Below are positions 22,884 through 35,538 of a stretch of DNA of 64,000 bases, one piece after another (within the stretch, counting starts at the first letter, position 1; the number at the start of each line of letters is the position of its first letter). A program made the position numbers and the translations under genes. Origin of the DNA: Toensbergia leucococca (taxonomy: Eukaryota); the NCBI GenBank assembly GCA_022813965.1, contig JALDZS010000045.1, positions 1 through 64,000 of the forward strand. The letters run 5' to 3'. Below the pieces are notes generated by a model. It worked only from the letters and a program-made list of their open reading frames with translations, was not told the origin of the DNA and did not search any database.

Positions 22884-24080
22884 TCATTCATCCATGATCT
22901 GATTGTCCGGATACGAATCCTCGTAATTAGTTTGGTCCAAAAGCAATTTCTCTAGATTTAGCTTTGTGCTCCACCTTATGTTCTGCGAGTGTCCTTTGAC
23001 GTTTACAGTTGTGCCATAATCCTGGATGTCACTCGCCTTGTTGCTCTTCCCCGCAGGTCTGTGATGGAAAAAGTACGGCGGTTGAGCCACAAGACAAGTT
23101 GCATTCTGAGAGTGGTCGGTGCACCACCAACTTAACGCGTTATCGAAGATGCCTCGTAGTTCTTTGATTGCAGTTCCATAAAGAAGCTTCTGCGCTCCCT
23201 TGGCGCTGATGGCATAAGCAAAGCTACATAGTGGCTCCCCTGCCATATGAATCAAGCGAGAATGATTGGGAAACTGCTTCATTTCTTCTTTGCTGTCTGA
23301 TCGAAGGTTGGTCAAGTTGGGTACACTGGGATCGTTGAGAATAACATAGACACGAGCATCGTCCTTGGCGAGCATGTCATGGCATAGACCAAGCCAGAGG
23401 ACGTCCCAGCAGTCTCCGTAAGGAGAGTGAGAAACAGCCGCCGAAGGAGTTGAGAGGAGATAGCGAGTTCCTTTGGCAAAATCGACGAGTTGAGACTTTA
23501 GTCGGATATCCCAGTCAACATCATCTTCTAGTATGAGGACTGATGAGAAAGCCTGCTCTACGACACTGAATGGTCAAGTAGAATGTCAGCAAGCACGACC
23601 AGAATACCGTGGTCAATCGGCGTAAGCATCTTACGTCCTGATGGCGTTCATATGACTTCTCCACGATCCGATGTTCGAAGCCGACATGGTCCTTTCCTCT
23701 TGGCCAACAGGTAGAGATTTGTTAATCACATCCTCTCCCCTCACACTCTCGAGATAATCCAGCTTAATGCCCATGAGCGAAGCTGCAAGTGACAGAATAT
23801 CTCTCTTATCAGAGCGCTGTGGTAGGTTGAGGACGAAGATCTTCTCAAACTAAGTAGAATTTAGCACTCTACCTGGTGTGACTCGGTGTAAGAGGATTAC
23901 CCCCAGAGTCTCATTATGGATTGGCTGGAATATATCGACGGCTTCGTGTGTCTGCCACCATCGCAGTGACGATGCACCTGACGCAGGGTCTGCTGAGAAT
24001 CTCAGGAACGAGATGAAGATCAGTAATGTAGTGAAGACGAGGCCTACAGCAGTGACAGCGAAAGTCCTTGAGTGAATCAT
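22884..24080 (-). CDS. Glycosyltransferase family 25 protein (type II membrane)
   Basis: N-terminal TM anchor; spliced PIHNETLG/FEKIFVLNLPQRSDKRD, IGSWRSHMNAIR, VLILEDDVDWD (DxD-type), SPYGDCWDVLWLG, CSFAYAISAKGAQKLL. Confidence 0.9.
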
Positions 24081-24819
24081 GTTGGAAACAAAGTGGACAT
24101 TTTACGCACTTGGTAAGGAATCTAAAAGGTTGGCGCGGTACAAAATTGAAGTCCCCGTAAGAATGTTACCGGAAGAGGAAATCTCGATCGAAGATATATA
24201 AGGTAGAGACAACTATAATACCTATCGACCTTGAGACAAAAGGACTGACATGGCCTATCTTATAGCTTGAAATAAAGTACTTGTCTCCAAGACATCCTCT
24301 ACAAAGAATTGTAGTTTCGGAAATACGGATAGTCCTCCATGTAGGTGACTTTCTAGACTTTCTTGATTGTCTCAATGACAGCTTGCATTGTTCACAATCT
24401 TTTATTTGACTTTTGTCTGACTACAGTCTAAAAGACACCTTCAAGGCATTGATCATGACTCATGCAAATACCGCAATCACAAATTAGAATAGAGAATATG
24501 TCAAACACACGTTATTAAATGATGAAGCAAGAATTGATGAAGAAGGGTTAATGTAAGATTAGGAAAGACGCGTCGATTGCTTCTGTCCACTCAAAATTAG
24601 CGCCGTTTCTGGATGCTTCCAGCGCCATTTTAGGAGATCTCCTCACCTCTTATTTTAATTACACGTGCAACCTACATCAATCTTCCTCGTACGTGTAGAA
24701 GACTCAAGTAGTCCTACATTTCACTGTGGACGGGTGAACTAGGTATGCGGCACAGCAACAGCAATATGATCCAATTCTCATCATTCATTCCCTCACTGTC
24801 TGCATGAATCTCCTCCCCA

Positions 24820-25543
24820 ATGAACTACCTAAAATCCCTAACAAACACACTCACCCATTCCTTCCCCCAAACCACCCACCTCTCACACCCGCACAAATTT
24901 CACCACCACAGACGCCAGCATCTACGCCTGGCCCTCAAGAGGCGGCGTAATAATCCTCTCCAGCGCCTCAGCCATCGACTTCGCCTTCCTCTCCCTGGAC
25001 CCGCTCAACCCGCCCCCCGAGCGCCTAGCCGACCAAGACGCCGAAGACGCCTTCTGCCAGCGCCTGCTGCTCCTGGGCGCGAAATGGTGGGACAGCGAAG
25101 CACGCTTTGCGATCGTGGCGGCGATCGAGGAGCGGGCAGCGGGAGGTGGGAACGGGCGGGTTGATGGCGCGTTTGTGCTGGGAAAGCAGCCGGCGCCGAC
25201 GATGCGGGAGAAGCGGCTTGTGAAGGCCGGGTGGCCGTCCGAGGGTGGGGGCGTGTGGGTGGCGGAGTTCGATACGACGTGGGCGGGGGTGGACGAGGAG
25301 GAGAACTTGGTGCCGGAGGAGGAGGAGTGGGGCCGGTTGGTGATGGCGCGGACGATGGATGAGAGGTGTGGGCTTTTGAGGGAGCGGTTTCGGGGGGTGT
25401 TTTATGAGGATTTGAGGGATTATGCGGGGTTTGGGTTTTTTAATGCTTGGGGTTCAAAGGCGACGGGGGAGGTGGGACCGCTGCTGCGGCCGGATGAGAC
25501 GGTGGATTTGTGGAGGGAGACGTACTATAAGGGTTATTCGTAA
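24820..25543 (+). pseudogene. Fungal hypothetical protein with an apparent 1-nt frameshift near 24898-24900
   Basis: The ATG 24820 frame reads ...THLSHPHKF; the protein-like continuation DASIYAWPSRGGV...EDAFCQRLLLLGAKWWDSE...RTMDERC...YYKGYS* is in the next frame with no upstream ATG. Removing one T from AAATTTCACC joins them. Confidence 0.6.
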
Positions 25544-25975
25544 TGAGATATATATGAGTATCCTTGACAGCCTTTGTCTCACTTCTAAACAAGGGTTCAG
25601 AGGCCTCAAGGGGTCTTTTCTCATCCGCATTTGCGATGCTCTGATAGCTTCGATTCTCATCCTATTTATCAAAAAGTTGTAGGGCACTGATTTGCTGATA
25701 CGTAAGGTAACCATAAGAGCTATAGTCACGCCATCCGAAGAGGGAAATCGCTTGTACATCTGCACCGTGTGATACGTTATGGAAAAATAGGATTGGGAAT
25801 GCAAGAAACATGGGTTTTGAATTTAGCTTGATTAGGACAACTAAGTGAAAAGCCTCACCAACGCACTTCGATTTCCCAGTAACAAGGGAAGCGTAAGAAC
25901 AATACTGTAGATAGATTTCCCCGTCGCCATAAGATCAACGTCTTCCCTTCCAAATCTCCTTACGGCGCACAACAT

Positions 25976-27433
25976 CTACGCAGCAAATGCATAACTGCCA
26001 AGCATAGCATACACGTCCCACGGACTTGTTCCCTCGTCTCTCTCTAAGATCTCTGTAACGACGTTCGCATTGCGAATGCCAAATTGATTAGCCATGAATC
26101 GCAATTGCTTGATTGTCCAAGCCTTAATCCCACTCGAAGCACTAGCATATAACCCAGCAACGTAAAGTGGGAAGAGGAGAGCGTAACATCTTAACATCTG
26201 GGCTGTGGAAGAGTCCGTGCCGCTTGGAGTATAGTCCTTAGATCCCGTGTACTGGGGTACAGAGGCACAGATATCTTTTGCAATGCTGTCGATCGTACTT
26301 GTCACCATGCCTGAGTTGCGAGAAGGGGAGTATGTGCGGATGATATTGTTTAGGAGAACCCTCATTACGCGGAGGACATTCCACGTTTGAGTAACGAAAT
26401 GATCCGAATACGTGTCGAAATGTTCTTCATATACTCTTTGCGAGGGCTCGAATAGGTACGTCGTATTGTAGAGCCATGATGCAGGCAGGTTCCGTGTAAG
26501 TGAAATGAATTCACCATCAAGCTCCACGGTGCGAGTAAGTATATCAGAGGCACAAAGATAGCCATCTTGGATTGCTCCCTGAAGATTAGCGTATTTCACC
26601 ACCAAACCCGAGACTTGCCACTTCGGATCGTCAGCGGTCAAAAAAGGCGCAAGGTCCTCACGAAGCTTGGCCAGCTCGGGCGGTACTGGAGCATTGGCTG
26701 CAACGCAGCTGATGAGAAGGCTAGTAGTCAGACGCACAGATAGCCGAAGAGCGGTATAATTTTGGATCTGGTCGGGATTACGCATTTTGACGAGGGCAAG
26801 AGCACCATTTACGTGGCTCATCCATGAGGAAGTTGATCGAGGAACGTTGTTGGTAATCTTCTCAAAGAGGTCGAGTAGAAGGACTGCCAGCAGCGTCGAG
26901 TCACTAGTCGCGGCCTTTGGGGACTTGAGGGCGTTGTTGAGTAGTGGGAGGGCATGTATATACTTTGCTCTCGCGAGCTTGGAAGCCTGAGGGTGATGAC
27001 CTTGGAAAGTGAACAAAGCCAGGCTGACAGTGTCCACGCTCGCGACGAGGTGTTCGTCCGGTGCGGGGCCTTTATACAGCGATCCAAGTACATCATACTT
27101 GTTTGAATATCCACGCACGTAATTGGCGAAGAATGCATTTCTAGCGCGGTCATGTATCGAAACAGTCAAAGCATGTGGGATTTGTTTGGCCATACGAGTC
27201 AAGACCTTCTGCTTGGTCGCCTGGCTTTCATCCCGGATCCTCAGCTGGGTAGAATCCCGATAACCCGAACATTGAAGGGCGGCTCGGATACATTGGCCAC
27301 AGGAGTCCTTTTCGAGATCACACTATTGTCCATTCAGTAAAATAGAGAGCCAAAGCGCCAACTCCCGGCTTACACGAAGCTTCCTTGTTCTGCATTGCAA
27401 GCAAGCTTTGGAAGGCTTGCCGCAATACACCAT
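25976..27433 (-). CDS. Zn(II)2Cys6 transcription factor
   Basis: Exon 1 MVYCGKPSKACLQCRTRKLR, intron 27373-27323, exon 2 CDLEKDSCGQCIRAALQCSGYRD running into the 408-aa ORF (LLAVLLLDLFE, WMSHVNGALAL). Confidence 0.92.
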
Positions 27434-27700
27434 GATGTCAAAATCTTATGATGCTGGCGATATCGAAGAGGGTCTCCCACTTCCAGCTCCAATGATAACA
27501 AACATCTTTGCATCCGTCCTGCAATTGAATTGATGTTCATCCCACTCAGTCTAGCCAAGGATGTTCCCGCACTTAGCAGGCGATAGAGTACCTTACCTAA
27601 TGTACCTTGTGAATTGAGGATCTGACCATACCAAAAAGCGTACCTAGGTGTTCTGTTGACATCATCCTGCAGTTGGCGAAGGGTGTCTGTACTATTCCTA

Positions 27701-27945
27701 AAGCGGTATGCACATTGTTTACCGGCCAATATCGATCTCCTCCATCCCGAAAGTGGTATGTAAATTATTCATGAGGCAATATCAATCTCTTCTAGACCTC
27801 TGCACAATTGCTGCACAGGCGTATTTCACCCTTCTCCAGGCCCTGATGTAACAGATTCTTCCTGAAGCGGTATGCAAATTGTCAATCTCCCGTAGAACTC
27901 TGCAGAGTTACTGTAATGTCGTACTTCGCCCTTTCTCAGCTCCGG
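27701..27945. promoter_or_regulatory. Degenerate direct repeats with AAGYGGTATGYAMATTRT motif in the bidirectional TF/SDR promoter
   Basis: Motif copies at 27701 (AAGCGGTATGCACATTGT), 27751 (AAGTGGTATGTAAATTAT) and 27865 (AAGCGGTATGCAAATTGT). 27781-27845 also resembles 27881-27945. Confidence 0.55.
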
Positions 27946-28107
27946 TGCCACAAAATCCTAATCCTAACGCCGGTCGAAGATCAGCATGATCAAGTATAAG
28001 AGACAGTGATTCCAGGCAAGTAGACCATAATTCATAAAACCTTGCTCTTGCACTCCCTTGTCATCTTGATTCAACAAGCCACTCAGCATCAGATCTTTCG
28101 GTACAAA

Positions 28108-29040
28108 ATGCCTTTCCAATACAGACATGTCCTCATGATTGGGGCAACATCTGGCATCGGTGCCGCCCTTAGCGACCGCCTTATCCAAGAAGATTCCAAG
28201 GTCATTGCAGTCGGTCGTAGACAAGACAGACTCGACGATTTCGTTGGCAGACATGGCGAGGACAAGGCCAGCGCCGTAAAGTTCGACATCAGTGACAGGC
28301 TAAACATAGACCAATTTGTGACCAAGTCAGTAACTCTTTACTCTTGTATGTTCTGTCGAGGGACTGATACTAGACCAAGTATCACCAACATATATCCCGA
28401 TCTAGACTGCGTCTTCCTCAATGCCGGGTTTCAAAGTCACTTCGACCTCTCACAGCCAGCAAGTATCAAATTGGCGGCCTTCCACTCCGAAATTGCCACC
28501 AATTTCTCGTCCTTTGTTGACCTCACAATGAAATTCCTACCATTTCTGATGAACAAGAGTATAGAGACAAGCTTGATCTAGTAAGTTCATTTTCCCTCCG
28601 CAAGTGAAGATGAATTAATAGCAGCGACAGCACGACTTCCAATCTCGCTTTTGTACCATGCCCTGGTCTCTCAGCATACTCTGCCTCTAAACATGCCTTG
28701 AATGCTTTTATTCTCTGCCTTCGTGACGAGCTCAGGAACTCCTCAGTCAAGGTGATCGAATTATCGCCCCCTCCTGTGCAGAGTAAGCACATTGCAAATC
28801 TAAGATATTACCAAGAGTTGACACGTTCTAGCTGAACTGCATGATTACATGGGCAAGGTCTTTGGTCGAAAAATGGGCATGCCTCTGGATAAATTCACAG
28901 ATGAGGCATATCGAGGTCTTGTATCTGGAATTGATCAAGTCATCATCGGATCCATTGGCCCGGCCGAGGCTTGGAATGATATGGTCACTAAGAGGCGGGC
29001 TGCGTTTGAGAACTTGTCAAAGATGGTGCATGAGAGATGA
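28108..29040 (+). CDS. Short-chain dehydrogenase/reductase
   Basis: MPFQYRHVLMIGATSGIGAAL (GxxxGxG), LDCVFLNAG, spliced AYSASKHAL (YxxxK), VKVIELSPPPVQ, final exon ELHDYMG...MVHER*. Three introns. Confidence 0.92.
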
Positions 29041-31048
29041 AGTCGGTCATCCGTGTTGCAGAGGGTTCGTTTCATTCTGAGCCGAAGGTTGGTCCAATCA
29101 CTGCGCCAGCACGTAAACAGTCATAGGATCCTTAGAGCATTCAAAGACTCTCTGAATGTTGCACTTCTCTTGAGGCTGGCAGTCCCTTGTGTGACCTTGT
29201 AGTGTTTTGCTTTCGGCTCTGAAAACATTGAATAGTTCTAGCGTGCAATAACCTCGCCGTAGATTATTCTAGCTCTTGTGATGATGTCTTTATCGTCTCC
29301 CGTATATCTCTAACGTTCACCTGCTGAGTTTGTCACTAATCTTGCCCGACCATGCATTTGTATACTTCTGTTGCATTTGTTCTTTGTGACATGCCGGGAA
29401 AGCGCCATTCTCCTCCTTGCGTATGGATGAGTCCTTCTATGGATAAGAGCACTGAGTGGGCACCCAACCCTCAGCCTGCTGCTCTGTTGCCAAGTAGCCT
29501 CAAACCGCAAGTAAGCTTGAATGACCAAATGCCAACTCTAGCATCCTGCTATCTTCAAGATATATGTATACTCTAAAGCGGTTGTTTCTTCAATACAGAA
29601 CAGGATCCGAACGTTGATAAAAACTTTAATCAAGCCGTGGAATATATCATATCCATCACCTTTTAGGGCCTAAAATCTCGATTGTTCATGCTCTGGAAGA
29701 TTTTGTCAGTCATCAGCCTGATTGTATCTGGGAAGTTCAATCGGACTCAAGAGAGCCGATTTTCAACCCGAATTTGCTAACAGGAGAGCCCGACAATTGA
29801 CGAACCTTGATTGGCAAGGCACGTTAGTCGGGACTACGCCTGGACTAATGCTCTGCTCCGAGAGATGACCCGTCTCTTAGAATGTTCAGCTTTATCAAGG
29901 TTTGCTCGTTAATTCGATCGAACTAAGCCGCTGCATTCAACGGGATGCTTTGTGACTGGGCCCTTAAGTTCCTACGATGCTGAAGTTACGGCAATCAGGG
30001 ATTCAGGATTCTGCCCTCCAAATGATAAGGCCTCCGACTTCTTCGCTCTCTCGAAGGCTTCCATGGTCAATCCGTACACAGCATCAGTATTGGCATAAGA
30101 GAAATCGACGTGCCGGGATAATATAATATATAGCATTGCAGAAGAAAAACAGTCGATAAGCAATACATTATAAAGGGAAACTATGGCGGCAACTTCGTCA
30201 GTGATGCATGATGCCCCGCAACAGTGCAGCAAGAAGAATGCATGATGTCCTTTTTCAGGCTACATGCCAATTTTATACTGAGCAAGCGTTAGCCGTCGAG
30301 AAACAGCCCATATATTATACAGATCCAAGTCACAATGATTCGAATCCCAGGACTTATGTGCTCAAATATGGAGTGCTCGAATATGGAGTGTCTCTCATGA
30401 AGACATATAGGCCAGTGGTCTGTAAGAAGAAAGCTGAAGAAGACCATCAGCAATCATAGGTAGGATGGCAAAGCTTCTCAACAAGCTCTCAGCCCCGACT
30501 GTTAACTCGAGTTGTTTTATTTTGATTTCTCTTCTCCATCTGTTTTGAATTGTTTATGTGATCAATGTCGTTTTTAACTGATCTTGAAACACAGCAAGAC
30601 TTTTGAATCTCTGTATTATTCAGCTTTTTGTGTAATTGGCCTCTGATGTTAATGAGTGCTTCAAAATTTCAATTATTAGGGCTCGCGTATTTGACTGCCT
30701 TCAATTTCATTGCACAATGATAAGACAGGTACGCTTACAAATGAAAAATATCAGAAGCGTGATCTATGACTATCGGAAATGTACCAGAAGCCGAATAGGA
30801 TTTCTTTCCGATAGTGTTACTGGGCTATGTGTGAAGATTCTCGCGCTTCAACTGAGTTAGCACCCGCACTCTTCATCATTTCGCCCAACACAACACAACA
30901 CTAAACATTCTCGTACTTCCTTCTCGACTCTTCCTAAGACACTCTTAATATTCATTCTCAAATCGATGTTTGAAGGTTCCTTTGACAAGCTCAATTTATC
31001 TACGAGGGCTATAGCTTGTAGCTCAAGACTCTTCGCAATATCAGAGAA

Positions 31049-32368
31049 ATGGCACGAGTAGCAATTCAGAAGTCCCAAATAAGAGTGTATGTACAGCCGT
31101 GTGGAGGCTTACCTGCCGGAGTGCAATATGACTCCATAGGAGGTTTTGCCTATATAGTTGACAGCAGTAGTAATCGAAAGCAGACTGTAAGTAGCTGATT
31201 GAAAGTTTTCTACTCTTATTCTAATATCCTGTAGGACGAGGGTTCAGATCATTGGCCTTGCGTAGGTCGTCTACAAGACTCAAAACAACAGATTACTACA
31301 ACCATAGATCCTCCGCCTCCTAGAATCTTCAGTCAACAGGAATTTGATCCTTCAACTGGCGAGATCGTGACAACCACAAAGACTACTACAGATGTCATTG
31401 TGGCTGTTACAACCAACGGCACCAGACAATTCAATAACTCTGTGAAGTGCCTATATAGCCGCATCTCCGACTATATTCCAACAGTTGAGAGATGGGTCTC
31501 TGACATTGCGCCTTTGGCACCGATCGAGGTTGAGGTCAAGTACGCCAATCGTACTAAGTTTGAGGTGGCACCGCTATTGAAGCTATACCCGCGGAAGCTG
31601 AATGCCTGGAGGCCGACCAATAATTCTGGACTCTTGGCCCTTTCGGGAGAGATTCGGAATCAAATATACCATCATTTATTGGATACGCCAAAGATCATGC
31701 GGAATGAGAGTTATGAGTTTCCCATGAACCATGATCGAATTCCTGGAACTCATTTATATGAGTTGGGAATGTTGACGTCTCTCAGAAAGACGTGTCATAT
31801 GGTGCACCGTGAGGTCGAATCCTATGTGTACCACCGCACCTGCTTCGTATTCCGAAGTCATCACGACCTCAGTGGATTTTTGACAAGTCTTGAACTGGGC
31901 ATAGGAGATAAAATCTCAAAGACTTTCCGAAGGGTAGTCATCCATCTTGGTCAAGATGACTATCGTCTCACCAGATCAGTCAATCTGGAAAACGAGAACC
32001 AGAAAGGATGGATGCAACGGGACGTTTTTGGCAAGCGGACTGCGGGTTGGCTTGAATACCCAAAGGAGGATTGGCAAGTGGTGGTAGAAGGTTGGGTCAA
32101 AGCGATTCGGCAGCTTTTGACCCACCATGTCGTTGAAGAACTGGTATTCGTTCCAGGCAATGTGACCAGATCCCGTGCTACAGCCAGAAAGCCGGAAGAT
32201 TCAAGGATCCTTTATCGGTTACGTCAAGACGTTTACCCCGTCGACGAACTCACCTTTGTCGGTGTGAAAATGGACACGCTTGAAGCCTACTTCTTGAGGA
32301 GAATGAAGAGACGATGGGAGTCGGAGCCACCACGTCCTAGAGTCAGTGGTTTATTGCTGCGCCAGTAA
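31049..32368 (+). CDS. Hypothetical protein with F-box-like motif
   Basis: Exon 1 31049-31186 (MARVAIQK...RKQT), GTAAGT..TAG intron 31187-31234, exon 2 in frame with the 333-aa ORF. LLALSGEIRNQIYHHLL and LRKTCHMVHREV resemble fungal F-box-like proteins. Confidence 0.65.
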
Positions 32369-32694
32369 TCAGCAACACCACTGCTAGTGCTGTTTCTACA
32401 TTTGACAACACTGTTCCTGATAATGCCTCAAGACCCAGCAATACTCCCCCTGCGGATCACCACAACATTATCGGTACTGATACTTTCGGGTTTCATTCTA
32501 TCGGTATACCAGGCAGTAACTCCCTGACTCTGCCGAACAAGTCCTGGGCATGCGAAAATTGTCGCAATCAAGGAATTGTTTGCTCCTATTCTCAACACGG
32601 GAAGCATGGCACAGTATGCCGAGAATGCGCGGCTGAATCTCTCGTGTGCTCGGTAAAGGAGCGGAATAGTATGATTGCAATAACCCAGTCAAGC

Positions 32695-33212
32695 ATGGAA
32701 CCTTCTGGAAGCCAGAAGCAAAGTCGACCTTCATCGAACTCTGGCGACGCTGATCAGCAACGAGTGAGTGGTCCCACTGCTGACTATGAGAATGGAGTAC
32801 TAGATGAGGCCCTACACAAACGAAGATTTGTGACTTTCATTTCTGACAGTCCCGCTGGTCCAGATCGAGATGACCAGTAAAGCTTCATCTCCCGCTGCTC
32901 TTATTTTTTTGGCTGATCTGTATGTGTAGTAATTCCGATCACCACCAAGATTCATATCTTCCAAGCATAAAGCGAACACGAATCGATGGTCCTGAGCTCA
33001 CTAGAAATGACGTTGATGCACCGCCAGTCTATCAATTACAATGTTCTAACTGCATAGGACGAGGAGTACTTTGTTCATGGGCTACTGGTGGAGATACATC
33101 TACTCGTTGCGACCGATGCTTCCTAGACCTTCTACATTGCAAAATAGATCCAGCTATTACGGAGTCCATCTCCGCAATCCCTCCTGGGACGAACCAAAAT
33201 GCCAGAATATAA
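32695..33212 (+). CDS. Small protein with an atypical Zn2Cys6-like cluster (possibly truncated)
   Basis: Exons 32695-32876 and 32930-33212. CSNC-x6-C-x11-CDRC-x6-C spacing; stops about 22 aa after the cluster. Confidence 0.5.
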
Positions 33213-34845
33213 GAGTCTGATGGAGAACGCTCATCGCAGTCGAGTACATAAGGAGGCACACCCAACAATTTCAATCATGACTCAGCCCTCACCTTCAGCC
33301 AACGATCTTGGTAAGACTATTACCCGGATCATGATTTGGAACTCGCTTACTCAGGCTCTAAGACAGAGCCCCACACCTCCTCTCCCCTTGCCACTCCACC
33401 CCACCTACGGCCATACCATGTCACCTCACCAACTCAGCCCGTGACTCGACGAGCAATCTCGTACCTTTTTCCTCGATCCTTCTCAATTCAAGCTTCTCTG
33501 ACCACTCTATCTTCAGGCTCAATCCCCCACAAACGAACAAACTCTCCAAACCTCAACAGCAATTGACGTATCCTGAAAATAAAAGAGAGATGGCAAGTCT
33601 TGGAGCTTTGTATTCTGAGTTGGACTTAGCTTGTTGAGTTTGTGCAGAATGCTTTTGTGATTAAGAATTGTCACGGATTTTTAAGAGGCTAGGAATGGGG
33701 TTGATGAGATGTTTGTTGTTGTTTGTTTGTTTTCTCTGCTAAACACCTTCTATTTAAAGAGAGCATAATCTTGCACTTTTTTCTGACAGCGACTGAAGTT
33801 GATGACTTTTTAACTATCAATGATTCTTGATCTTCTTGGAAAAGTAGTTGAGGATTACTATAATACTGCTGTGAATAATTGAAGGTTTGAAAATCCTTTA
33901 ACTGATCTTGTAGTTCGGAGTTTTAGCGTATGCTCAGAGCTGAGGGATCATCTATACAAGCATCTAATACAAGCTCCAATGATCACAATCGCGGAGCTTA
34001 GTCATAATAATAGAAAAGGGCGCGGCGCGTGTTTTGAGCATTGGCTAGGTTTGAGATCAAGATAGTCCTAACCGCCTCAAAGTATCTACGACGGTATATT
34101 GGACCGAAGATCTCGAACGTCTGGGTGATTGGATCGAGGGGCTGTGGTTGAGGGCATGGATCTTTCTTGATGGGTTTTTGAGGGCTTTTTTAAGATGGAG
34201 TGGATTCGATCTTTTTTCATGCATATGCGCTGGGTAAGTGAGTATTTCTCTGGAAGATGAAAGGGATTGTTCGTTGGATTCTTTGTTGTTTTGGTGTCGT
34301 GCTTCGTAGCCGGATGGTTTCCCATTGTGCATGATTTGTTTAAGGTTGTTTTAGCTTTGCTTTTTTGGGGTTTAGCCTCAATGTTGACAATCTTTTTTTC
34401 ATTGATACCTTAGTTTGAAGTTTCGGTGGTCTTTTCCTTTTGTTTTGTGAGCAGATTTTTTGTTTTTCTCTGGTAGTGTGCGTGCAGAGTCCCTGGATGG
34501 GGAAGGAACATGTCGTGGATTTTGCGCTGTCAATAGGTACTAAAAGATTCTCAGCCAAATAGGTAGGTACCTGCTGTCAAGACATTTTCCTTGAGGTATC
34601 ACAAACAATAAACTTAGCCTGCTACGTGTACTTACTGAACGTCTATTATACATTTGAACTTTCCACTCTCGAGATATTGACTACCCCTCTATAGCACTCA
34701 TTAAGCAGATTTATAAGGCACTGCTCTACGCCTGTGATTGCGATATTGTTAAGCTCTAGCGGTTTTCGTAATCTCATTCTCTCTTTCAGTATACGTGGGA
34801 TCTCCACCAGCAATTCTCCTTGCGCGTAACATCAAGAAAACAAAG

Positions 34846-35538
34846 ATGCTTGTCGATCATCATACGTCAAGGGAAGACGAACCACTCTTGGAACCCGGAC
34901 AACCGACAACTAGTCGCGAATATCTTCCAGCAGAGCTTTATGGGGATAACTTTAACCTGGACCTCACCGATTACGACGATGATATCGCTGACAGCGAAGG
35001 CATGGGCGAATTGACATTGGTACCCTGCCCAAACCAACGCCCCTCGGTCTCCCAGGACAGACTACCGAGACATACTGACTCAATTTTTATTGCTGTCAAA
35101 GGTGCTTGTAGAGGCTTCGGTACCCCCAACGCCCGTGCGGCGATTGGCGTATATGTTGCGATATGGTCTGCATGGAACCTTAGTATGCGCTTAAATTGGT
35201 CTGCACCGACGAGACGCAAAGCGGAGCTTATGGCATGTCTGGCGGCTCTCAAGCGAGCCGAAATCATCAAAGGAGGTGCTATGACGGGCTTATCTCAAGT
35301 ATTTGTCAAGACAGACTCGGTATACCTCCATCGTGGCGTGACAAATGGGATTCTCGAGTGGAGAGCCAACGGCTGGTTGGATGACAACGGCCAACCTATC
35401 ATGAATGGGGCTTTGTTCCGACTAATTGAGGAGGCAAGCATTCGTCTGGACTCGATGGGTGTGGAGTTCTTGATCTGCCGCATTCCAAGGTCTCGCAACC
35501 AAGAGGCCAACGCGCTTGCAAACGCGGCATTGAACTAG
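34846..35538 (+). CDS. RNase H1-like protein with substituted catalytic residues
   Basis: IFIAVKGACRG...ARAAIGVY, KAELMACLAAL, VFVKTDSVYL, EWRANGW, RNQEANALA match the RNase H1 fold motifs. First and last catalytic Asp positions are K and N. Confidence 0.8.
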   Translation: MLVDHHTSREDEPLLEPGQPTTSREYLPAELYGDNFNLDLTDYDDDIADSEGMGELTLVPCPNQRPSVSQDRLPRHTDSIFIAVKGACRGFGTPNARAAIGVYVAIWSAWNLSMRLNWSAPTRRKAELMACLAALKRAEIIKGGAMTGLSQVFVKTDSVYLHRGVTNGILEWRANGWLDDNGQPIMNGALFRLIEEASIRLDSMGVEFLICRIPRSRNQEANALANAALN

